Source: Lepidodermella squamata
Lineage: Eukaryota > Animalia > Gastrotricha
Assembly: GCA_047495785.1 (NCBI GenBank)
Contig: JBLDXI010000002.1
Coordinates: forward strand, 2,232,001-2,296,000
Direction: 5' to 3'
Length of the DNA: 64,000 nucleotides
The position numbers were made by a program, and so were the translations under genes. Position 1 is the stretch's first letter. Each line of letters begins with the position of its first letter. Below, piece by piece: positions 1 through 10,655 of this stretch. The notes beneath the pieces were generated by a model. The model had not been told where the DNA came from. It saw nothing but the letters and a program-made list of their open reading frames with translations, and ran no database searches.

Positions 1-496
1 GAAAAACAGATGAGCTATAAATTCTTGCTGCTGTGTCGCGAAAGTGAGGAAAGTAAGTCAATCCCTAATCCCTCGAAAAGAAGTGTTTCACAGCCTTAAT
101 AAATATTGAAACGTCTGCTGCCGGCTATATGTAAGCCATATAATTCTTAATATTAAATTCCAATCAATGCCCAAAATGTCAGCGAACTGTGGAGAAATAG
201 CTACGGTCGACAATTCGACAGTTAATTACAACGAAAATCAGTTCGCCTAAACTTACTCGCTCAAATAATCGAAAAATAGTTTTCAGCATAAGATTTCGTT
301 AAGCTTTTTGTCCAACAGGTAAAAACTCAATTTTTGCTGAAAATCGTCAATGAAACCATGGTAGAAATTCTTAAAAGTGAAGTTGCCAAAAATTAACGCT
401 ACATTTGAAGAATTTTATGGGGGAAATCTTACACCGAAAAATTTGGCCGAAGATTTGGTCCTAACGCCCTCTTGGCCACACGAATTTCCGTCTGGG
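1..496 (+). mobile_element. Non-autonomous TIR DNA transposon family A, copy A1 (right-hand 496 bp; remainder outside window)
   Basis: Matches 8305-8800 and 10161-10655 by eye; ends in the TIR ...AATTTCCGTCTGGG. Confidence 0.9.
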
Positions 497-2869
497 ATGT
501 TGCAGCCGTAAATGAGACGGATTTCTTGAATTTGGTCCCTGTTAGTGGCTCAGATATTGGCTCCGTTTCAATGCAAAATGTTTCATCGAGTGGAAAATGG
601 ACTCAGATTTGTAGCGTTTATGACGGCAGAAAGATTCAAATCTTCCTAAATGGGGTTGAGTTTTTTAATCAATAATTAATTCCCTGAACTCAAAGATCTT
701 TTTAGACTTTAGCAAAGGCGATCTCGGCTTCGGGTGATTTGCAAATCGGCACCGGAGCATACGTCCTTGGGCATGATCCTATTTACGGCGGCTTCAACGG
801 CTCGATTGACAACGTTTTGATTTGCAATCACGCCCTCGGCCAAATCGAAATAACTGCCGTCGCTAATGGCGACCGAGAATCCATGACAAAAATGGGCCTT
901 ATACCACAAGCTTCAACGGTTTCGCCCGACTCCACCGGCATTTCATTGAGACGACAATCAGGATACGTGTCCGATTCGATTACTGACCCGATTGGCAATC
1001 TGATCAAACAGATCAGGCTGGAAATCAACTTTGCTGAGCTGAAGGATCTCATTTTTCACAACAAGTAAAATTGTTAAGGAGGATTTATTTTCACAAATTT
1101 TCGTTTCAATTCAGAATTTGCTGGAAAGCATTTGGGTTCCGAGGCTTGGGTCGGTCACCTACAACGTGTGGAGCTGGTAGCGAGTTTGACAAAATTACCG
1201 GGTTATGTTACCCAATTTGCTCCGAGGGTTCAAAGGGTAACGGACCCATGGTGAGAATTTTTAATTAAAATCTTCTTGAATTTACAAAATTTGCGACAGT
1301 GCTTTGAAGATTGCCGTTCGGGCTTTGTCGACCATGACGAATTTTGCTCTCGCGATTTTCTGATAGAAATGGCGAATAACACTGCCTGCCCTTGGGACGA
1401 TATCTGTGGCTTGGAAGAGGCAAATAAAGGCTGTTCATTTTGTCCTCCCACCAGCAACAATGTCACATTCACTCGAGAAGGTTGTTTTTGCTACCAGGCG
1501 GCTCATAGCTACGCAAAAACTCAAATCAGCCGCGGCTCTGGGGAACAGCCGAAATGCAGCCAGGATGAAGAATCTGACGCTGGGTTGTGTTATTCAAAGT
1601 GCCCCAAAGGTTACTTCGGGGTTGGACCTGTTTGTTGGGCAAAGGCCTATCGAAATCTCGGCTCTTTCGGCTGTTCGGACAATGGCTGCCAAAATTTCGT
1701 AAAAGAACTTGGCTCAGCGGTAACAAACGCAATAGCTGCTGCTGTAGAACGCGGCTCGAAACTAAATAAAGCTGTTGCGCTCATTCGAAATGCTATCGAG
1801 TTCGAAACCGATGAATATATTTCGTCATGCGATTCGCCGTATCTTTGGCCAGAAGATTGGCCGCATTCAGAAGAGCCTAACAACACGACAGACAATGAAA
1901 AATCAGCAACGCCGGTTGCTGAACAAAGGCTGCGAGCTAGCCCAATCGGTAAAAATTGAACTAGAGAATAATGTTGGTTCATTTTTCCATGTAATACTGA
2001 ATCCAGGTTCCAACTTAATTTCTGGTTACATATCCGCCCGCCAAGAAATTGAGCCAAAATCGGTATCGTTGTCGACTATCTCAGAGTCGCAGATTTAGTG
2101 AGTTTTTAATATTCCCGGGAATCGGTTAATAATTTCAATTATAAAGTGGTTCCAACATTTGCTGGAAAATGAGCTACGGCAGAGGTGCTGGGAAGGTCCC
2201 ATATGTCTGCACTGATGGGCTGGAATTCGACGCCAGCTTGTGCTACACACCTTGCCCTGAAGGCTTCAAAGGACGCGGCCCAATGGTATAATAACCAGGA
2301 ATTTTCTGAATCCCATCAGTCGATTTTTTTTATCAATTTAGTGCTGGGAAATTTGTAAAAAAGGTTATGGCGATACAGGTGCGTTCTGCGGCCGAGACAC
2401 CTGGATCAGATCGGCAGATACTTCTTCTTGCCCGTGGTTTGATTGCTGTGGGCTAACTATGGCTAAAGGTTGTTCACTATGCCCGAAAAACGATCCGACT
2501 TTCAACAACGATGGCTGCACGTGTCGCATCGATGTGCATGTGTACGCGAAAAAAGGGCTAGGACGCGGTGCTGGGGTGACGATGCGGTGCGGCCCGGATG
2601 AGGTCTACGACGCTGGGTTATGCTATCCACCTTGCCCGAAGGGCTATCGAGGCATCGGGCCGGTGTGTTGGATGAATTGCCCTCGAGTGTTGCCGCAAGA
2701 CGGCGGGGCGATTTGCTGTATTGATGAAGCTGCATGCAGGAGTTTACAGGGCGACAGTAGCCGTCGGGCGCCAATATCAATTGCGGCTGCCATTGAATCT
2801 GGACTTTCATATGATGATGTTATTTCTAAATCGGCAGATGATAATGTCAAGCGACCTTTATGCAGATAA
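497..2869 (+). CDS. Multi-exon gene (5' end missing or TE-interrupted): LamG/pentraxin-like domain followed by two Cys-rich modules
   Basis: LamG-like motifs WTQICSVYDGRKIQIFLNG...YVLGHD...FNGSIDNVLI. Two modules each carry CWK..xRGxG and two (G/S)LCYxxCxxGxxGxGPxC(W/F) units. GT-AG introns, including a phase-1 intron at about 1949-2005, join ORFs 472, 739, 1276, 1775 and 2459 into one frame. Confidence 0.7.
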
Positions 2870-4640
2870 CTGGAAAAATAAAACTACTAAAGATGCCAAC
2901 TGTTTTTGTGTGGGCGGGTCAAATGAAGGAAATGATGTCATATACCTCTACAACTTATTCCTAAAAAACAATGATAGGGATTTGGTTTTATTTGTTATGA
3001 CTGTTTTGAAGGGTAAAAACGTGTTTAAGCTTTGAAAAAGTTTGCTTTGATTCAATCATGTCTCGGTATGGTTTCTTTTGTGTGACAAGAATTCGACTCG
3101 GTTTGTTGCCGTTATTGTAGAATAATAGCCAACGAAGTTTTGCCAAGGTACAACTTTTCTTTCAAGTCCGCTGAAATTTGACCATGGCGAGGTCTGGCTA
3201 TATTCACTTATTCCTGTTCAACCCGTCAACCTGCACAAAAATCTTGCAAATTGTATACGCTTCAAAATTGAATAAGTGATTAATTGTGAAGTTTTACGAG
3301 AAATTGTGGAATTTCAGGAACCAAATTGAAATTTTATACATATTTTCCCTTTCCCGGTATTTCGGGTCAAAACATTGCAAGAATAATATTTAAGAGCTAA
3401 TAATACAAATAAAAACAATACAAGTTTTTAATGCTTGATGTTGAAAAAATGGAAAAAGATGCATGAATCACATGATTCCATGATTCCATGTGTTCACATG
3501 ACGTAACTACGTCTCACCATGATTCATGGAACTGCAAGATGAATAAGCTGTCTGCTTCGTTAGCTTGCAAATGCGCGCTTTTGTTTAATAGATAAAAAAG
3601 CTTGTCAACTGAAACGGGTATATTTAAGGACTTAATTGCCTGAAAAAGCGGCACTTATCATTTGACACAGCTACTACATGCTAACCTATGTCATAAAGCA
3701 TAGCGATAATAAAACCTGGATGCGCGCGAAATCAGGTATAAAAGGCGGGCGTCCCGTTAAATTTTTTGAGCGAGAGAGCATTGCCTGAATTTCATTTTGG
3801 TGTAAAATCCGAGGCTATATCTTTACATTTATACCTTTGCCGTCAGGTGAGCAGGTGAAATTTATAAGTTGCTGTTTTTGCGCCTTACTTTATCGATATT
3901 TTTTTAGATGTGCAAATGCATGTTTCGACCCTGTTCGAAAGCTTAAAAGAGCCTCGGAAACACAATGGTAATTAATATAATATATATAAGTAAAAATATG
4001 CTTTGATTTTAGGATGAGAAACGACCAACCATGTTTGCATTTCAAGTTACTTAAGAACTCGAGACAGCTATCGAACGGTCGAAGAGTAGCCAGAATCTTT
4101 ACTGCTGTACTATATATTCATTAGGACTTCCCGAATCATTGGAAGGCTTAAGCATCAGCAGTTTAGACTTCAGCTACTCATCAATCGTTTCATCAGCATC
4201 CAGATATCAACATGGCCTGTTTCAACGTCATCAGGATCAAGCATACTTAATAGGTAACATACATTTCTCGGACACACTTTATGATCACATTCCCAACATT
4301 TTCGTATTTTTACAGAAATCGGTGGATTTGATAAATGAATGGCGATAGCCTGGAATAGATGATGCCCGTGAAAAGCTCTCTTAGATCTTAGGGCATCGGG
4401 GCTGCGTGAACGTCGCAGGGGCTCGCGGAATTAGCCAGCTAACACGCGCAGGTGATCTCGTGGAAAATGAAATTGTTTCAGCTCATTTGTTCACACATGG
4501 TTCACACACTTTTATTTACAAATTTTGCCATCATTTTTTAAATTTTTTTATCATTCAGGACGATCAATTCAGAAAACTATAACAACAGTTGAGGCGATTC
4601 ACACCTTCATATTGATATGGACTGATGTCTCGCCAGTTGA

Positions 4641-5179
4641 TCAAGCTTTAGCGCCGTCGGCTAGCTCTCCACCGCTTCCCGCCATTATCATGGTTATAAA
4701 CTGTTTGAGAAAATCGTCAAGGCGTTCAGGCTGGCTAAAACAGTTGGGACCGGAATAGACTAAGAGAATGAATAACACAATCCAATATGGACTTACCTTC
4801 GAATCGTTTTACGCGCGAAATGCGCTGTCAGTTTCATTAGCAACTTCAGTAGAAAGTCTTTCTTGTATACGTAGACCAAAATGATGACGATTGCAATGGC
4901 TAGAACTACGAACGCAGTGGTCACCGTCGCTATTGCAACAGTCTGCTTAGGAGACGGCGAAGCAGTCGTTGCAGCAGTCGGACACGGAGGACATGCAGGA
5001 CAAAAATTGCAGGACCCAATTAGCGCAAGGCAATTCGCAACCGTTTTTTCTGAGAAAAATTGATTCAATGCTATTGCCTTGATGTTCGAAATTGAATTAC
5101 CATTTTTTACAACGCAACTTTGACAGTCAAGGAATCCGAAGTTGAAGGCTAGCGAAAAGAAAATTAATAAAAACATCAT
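4641..5179 (-). CDS. Small single-pass membrane protein, paralog 1 (signal peptide, Cys/Thr-rich ectodomain, TM); exon 2 frameshifted relative to paralog 2
   Basis: MMFLLIFFSLAF signal; TM AFVVLAIAIVIILVYVY; KKDFLLKLLMKLTAHFARK shared with paralog 2; 37-nt intron 4760-4796; premature TAG at 4735-4737, homologous stop at 4641. Confidence 0.65.
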
Positions 5180-6070
5180 GATTCTAAAACAGCGAAAAGA
5201 AAATAAAAAAGTTATTAAAATTGAGTATAAATTAACCCGTTTTGTAACTGATTCGATGAGTTCGGTAATAACAACTTGTGGAGCTACACTGCGTTTTAAA
5301 ATTATCTGACCAACACTTTTATGTTGGCGCAAACTAGCCAACAAAAACATACCTATTTTATTGCCACCCCATCATAAAAACGGCATTGCAGTCTCTAAAC
5401 TTTGTTTAGCGAGGGGCTCATTAGCGTTTTTTTCTCGCTCATTAGGAAACTTTTATGAAAACGAGCCGCTTATTAAGCCGCGATTAAACTTACCTCAATT
5501 AAATTTCAGTTCCGAATTGCTGAACGATGCGAAAATATATTCTCGTTATTTTACTCCGAAAGTGATTTCCTCCGAAGTCGGCGTTAAAGGCGTATCGGGC
5601 TTGCGCGATCGGGCTGTGAATTTGCAAGTCAAATTAAGCATCGGCAGTAGAGACTATAGTTACTCATCATCAATCGTTTCATCATGATCCAGCCATCAAC
5701 GAGACCTTTTTTTGCTATATTTTGCTATACGAAAATTTTTACAGACTCGAAAGGCTCGCTTCAAACGGTGGTCGCCCATTTTTTATTTTCGAAATTTTCC
5801 TCTTCGAAAGTCAGAAATGACGCCGGTGATTGTGAACGGCAATGTGCCAACTGCTGGGAAGCTAAAATGAAACGTGCCACTGTTTCGAAAACTATGCAAC
5901 TTCTTCGCATTCTTCATGACTTTATTCGAAAATAAATAATTTCGATATAACTGTCATCTGATTTTTTCACACGCTTTTATTTAGTATACAAATGTAAATA
6001 AATGTAACAATGCACCAGTAATGTGATGCTCAACACTCGGATTCGTTCGCATGGCTCGCCGAAGTTGATT

Positions 6071-6476
6071 TTAAGCTGGTGCGCCGTCCGCTGGCTCTCC
6101 ACTCTGCATGATGCGGTCCCGGAGCCAGTTGAGGAAATCCTCAACGAGGTCGGGGTTTCTAAACAGTTGAGAGCGGAATAGACTCGTATAGAAAAATACA
6201 CCATCTCATTTTGACTTACTTCCCAGTTATTTTGCGCGCGAAATGCGCCGTCAGCTTCCCCAGTATCTTGAGCAGAACGTCTTTCTTCGTTCGATAGCCT
6301 ACAACGATGGCGATGACGCCAATGATAACCAAAATAACGGGTGGCAACCCGAACTCGGCTATCTTTGTCAGTGTTCCAGCAGGTGAAGCAGTCGTTGTCG
6401 AAACGGTGACGCAGTTTTCACCGCTGACGACTGCGACATTAAAGGTTAAGAGAAACAAATTAATAAAAATCATCAT
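6071..6476 (-). CDS. Small single-pass membrane protein, paralog 2
   Basis: Signal peptide, TM LPPVILVIIGVIAIVVGY, KKDVLLKILGKLTAHFARK, 37-nt intron 6183-6219 (GAG acceptor), exon 2 LFRSQLFRNPDLVEDFLNW...ADGAPA*. Confidence 0.7.
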
Positions 6477-6589
6477 TTCTACAACAACGAATACAAAATT
6501 AATAAGGAAGCTGAGGTGTTGAGTACCTATTAAAGTATTCCTCGCCTGCCACTTTTCTAGATTATAGAGGGCAACATTTGAAGCGAACT

Positions 6590-7400
6590 TGCCCTGGAGG
6601 GGACATATCTTAGCAAGACCTTAGCCGCTCTTCGATAGATAAGGTATAAGATTTAGAATGCGGCCCGGTTTTCACGCTTTAGCAGGCGGTTGTTTTGAAA
6701 ATGAGGCGACAATTGAGAAGACAGAAATGATGAGAGGCGAGCAAAAACTGTAAAGAAAACGGCGCTTATCTCGTAAGATCTTTAAAGAAGCAAAAATCTT
6801 AGCAAATATGCTATATATCTTAGCAATATGACTTGGGCCCACTTGCGACAGATTGGACCCAAGTTTACGGAAAAACTCTACGGATTTCCGACAAGGTGGC
6901 CAAGTAATCAAACGTCAATCGGGCATGCGTGATACAATGTACAAAAACAATGAGAAAAAAGCTGAATTAATTAAAAGGGGCAGCCGTAACTATGAAAAAA
7001 TGCCAGGCCAGCCCCGTTTATATCGGGTACTTTCCCTTGGCAATAGGCAATAGGCAGTCGGAAAAATCAAGGCAGCGGTGATGTTCGCGCACTGGGCGAC
7101 AAATGGCAGCTTAAACGATAAGACGCGCATTCTTTATATGGCGTGTTGCGTTGGGGGCGGCCCACCCACAAAAGACAAGAAGCAATAGGCAACAGGCAAT
7201 AGCGAATATGCAATAGGAAATATCTTTGATAGATAAGCTAGGTGTAGGTAGGAAATTGTTGTTGATGATTTATGATCTCGCTATAATCTAGAAATTAAAA
7301 TCTTAGCTATTCTTTGCAAGATCATTCACGAATCTTCGCTGAAACCTGGAAAGATATGCTAAGATCTTGCCAAGATTTTTAATCATGCTGTTCAAATGGC
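6590..7400. repeat. Possible decayed element with (A)ATCTTAGCAA/AAGATCTT motifs near both ends and GCAATAG microrepeats
   Basis: ATCTTAGCAA-like words cluster at 6606-6625, 6770-6830 and 7295-7380; GCAATAG repeats at 7040-7220; termini not defined. Confidence 0.3.
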
Positions 7401-7403
7401 ACT

Positions 7404-8800
7404 CCCAGACGGAAATTTAAGACCAAAATCTCGGCTTAATGTTTCGGCTGTTTATTTGATACCCCCAAACTGTCCAAAAATTTTACTCGAAAATTGTGGC
7501 CAAATGGTCGAACGTTAAATTTGGGCCAATTTTTCGCCAAAAGTATTTCTGAAATTGTCATATTTCGGTGTAATCGATAGGTGAAAATTTCGGCGAAACT
7601 GCTATCCGAGTTAATAGATGGGCCAAATATATCATGCATTAGTTCCGATTCTTATATGCTGGGGTATTTACTCCATCGGCCGGCTTCGTGTTCCTCTGTT
7701 CTTTTAGTCATCTCAGATCCCATCAGCTTCTCAATTATATCGTATTTTCAATTTTAATTTGATTATAAATTTTTCATTTTAACATCACTATATAATTGCC
7801 TGCTTGGGAATGAACGCAGGTCATGTCGAACTTGGCACTTATTTTTTCCGAAGCGCCGAAAAGATACTGTCAATATTTCCATAGGCTTTGAGGTTTATAT
7901 AGGAAAAAATAACTCTCACTTTTGAGACCGAAAAAAATCAAATGAGAACTCTACTGGAGAAATTTGCCATTCCAATCTCTGCTGTGACGTGTGTGACGCA
8001 ACACAGCTTTGAGTTGCACAACAATCGCGCGGAATGAGGGCATGTCTCATTACGACTTTTTTCACTCTCATTTTAGATTGATTTGATTGCGATTCTGAAT
8101 TGGGTTCTTCGCAAGAATAAGCCTGACCCTAAATTCAAGGGCAATTTCATCCGATCTTAAAATTGATAAAACGCGAAGCTTTCCCGCTAGAGCGGAGATT
8201 TTTTACTATTCCTTTCGGGGCTGAAATCGAACGGAAATTGATGGTCATGCACCCATGAATCGAATCGAAATCATTTAGTTTAACTTGGTTAATTTTATAC
8301 CGTAGAAAAACAGATGAGCTATAAATTCTTGCTGCTGTGTCGCGAAAGTGAGGAAAGTAAGTCAATCCCTAATCCCTCGAAAAGAAGTGTTTCACAGCCT
8401 TAATAAATATTGAAACGTCTGCTGCCGGCTATATGTAAGCCATATAATTCTTAATATTAAATTCCAATCAATGCCCAAAATGTCAGCGAACTGTGGAGAA
8501 ATAGCTACGGTCGACAATTCGACAGTTAATTACAACGAAAATCAGTTCGCCTAAACTTACTCGCTCAAATAATCGAAAAATAGTTTTCAGCATAAGATTT
8601 CGTTAAGCTTTTTGTCCAACAGGTAAAAACTCAATTTTTGCTGAAAATCGTCAATGAAACCATGGTAGAAATTCTTAAAAGTGAAGTTGCCAAAAATTAA
8701 CGCTACATTTGAAGAATTTTATGGGGGAAATCTTACACCGAAAAATTTGGCCGAAGATTTGGTCCTAACGCCCTCTTGGCCACACGAATTTCCGTCTGGG
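7404..8800 (+). mobile_element. Family A element, full copy A2 (1397 bp)
   Basis: 14-bp TIR CCCAGACGGAAATT / AATTTCCGTCTGGG; no transposase ORF; CCC...GGG termini suggest (do not prove) a CMC/EnSpm-type element. Confidence 0.9.
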
Positions 8801-8827
8801 GAGATAATAACAGCCTGTTATTATCTC

Positions 8828-9165
8828 CCCAGACGGAAATTCGTGTGGCCAAGAGGGCGTTAGGACCAAATCTTCGGCCAAATTCAATATTTATTAAGGC
8901 TGTGAAACACTTCTTTTCGAGGGATTAGGGATTGACTTACTTTCCTCACTTTCGCGACACAGCAGCAAGAATTTATAGCTCATCTGTTTTTCTACGGTAT
9001 AAAATTAACCAAGTTAAACTAAATGATTTCGATTCGATTCATGGGTGCATGACCATCAATTTCCGTTCGATTTCAGCCCCGAAAGGAATAGTAAAAAATC
9101 TCCGCTCTAGCGGGAAAGCTTCGCGTTTTATCAATTTTAAGATCGGATGAAATTGCCCTTGAATT
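8828..9165 (-). mobile_element. Family A partial inverted copy A3 (right end, about 331-bp internal deletion, truncated)
   Basis: Matches 12779-12835 joined to 13167-13447. Confidence 0.85.
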
Positions 9166-9259
9166 CTCGGCGGTCAGATAAGGTTCTCGGCGGTAATTTG
9201 GCCTGCGACGGACATGAAATCGGCAAATAATCTATTCACGTCTTGTTCACTAACACGAT

Positions 9260-10655
9260 CCCAGACGGAAATTTAAGACCAAAATCTCGGCTTAATGTTT
9301 CGGCTGTTTATTTGATACCCCCAAACTGTCCAAAAATTTTACTCGAAAATTGTGGCCAAATGGTCGAACGTTAAATTTGGGCCAATTTTTCGCCAAAAGT
9401 ATTTCTGAAATTGTCATATTTCGGTGTAATCGATAGGTGAAAATTTCGGCGAAACTGCTATCCGAGTTAATAGATGGGCCAAATATATCATGCATTAGTT
9501 CCGATTCTTATATGCTGGGGTATTTACTCCATCGGCCGGCTTCGTGTTCCTCTGTTCTTTTAGTCATCTCAGATCCCATCAGCTTCTCAATTATATCGTA
9601 TTTTCAATTTTAATTTGATTATAAATTTTTCATTTTAACATCACTATATAATTGCCTGCTTGGGAATGAACGCAGGTCATGTCGAACTTGGCACTTATTT
9701 TTTCCGAAGCGCCGAAAAGATACTGTCAATATTTCCATAGGCTTTGAGGTTTATATAGGAAAAAATAACTCTCACTTTTGAGACCGAAAAAAATCAAATG
9801 AGAACTCTACTGGAGAAATTTGCCATTCCAATCTCTGCTGTGACGTGTGTGACGCAACACAGCTTTGAGTTGCACAACAATCGCGCGGAATGAGGGCATG
9901 TCTCATTACGACTTTTTTCACTCTCATTTTAGATTGATTTGATTGCGATTCTGAATTGGGTTCTTCGCAAGAATAAGCCTGACCCTAAATTCAAGGGCAA
10001 TTTCATCCGATCTTAAAATTGATAAAACGCGAAGCTTTCCCGCTAGAGCGGAGATTTTTTACTATTCCTTTCGGGGCTGAAATCGAACGGAAATTGATGG
10101 TCATGCACCCATGAATCGAATCGAAATCATTTAGTTTAACTTGGTTAATTTTATACCGTAGAAAAACAGATGAGCTATAAATTCTTGCTGCTGTGTCGCG
10201 AAAGTGAGGAAAGTAAGTCAATCCCTAATCCCTCGAAAAGAAGTGTTTCACAGCCTTAATAAATATTGAAACGTCTGCTGCCGGCTATATGTAAGCCATA
10301 TAATTCTTAATATTAAATTCCAATCAATGCCCAAAATGTCAGCGAACTGTGGAGAAATAGCTACGGTCGACAATTCGACAGTTAATTACAACGAAAATCA
10401 GTTCGCCTAAACTTACTCGCTCAAATAATCGAAAAATAGTTTTCAGCATAAGATTTCGTTAAGCTTTTTGTCCAACAGGTAAAAACTCAATTTTTGCTGA
10501 AAATCGTCAATGAAACCATGGTAGAAATTCTTAAAAGTGAAGTTGCCAAAAATTAACGCTACATTTGAAGAATTTTATGGGGGAAATCTTACACCGAAAA
10601 ATTTGGCCGAAGATTTGGTCCTAACGCCCTCTTGGCCACACGAATTTCCGTCTGG
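9260..10655 (+). mobile_element. Family A element, copy A4 (terminal G missing, abuts element B)
   Basis: Same sequence as A2 (same ORFs in the track, offset 1856 bp). Confidence 0.9.

Noticed and set aside
1960-2869. Second independent Cys-rich gene
   Set aside because: A phase-1 GT-AG intron (about 1949-2005) bypasses the stop at 1959 and fuses both modules.
3460-3530. CATG/CATGATTC microrepeat cluster
   Set aside because: Short and irregular; no supportable function.
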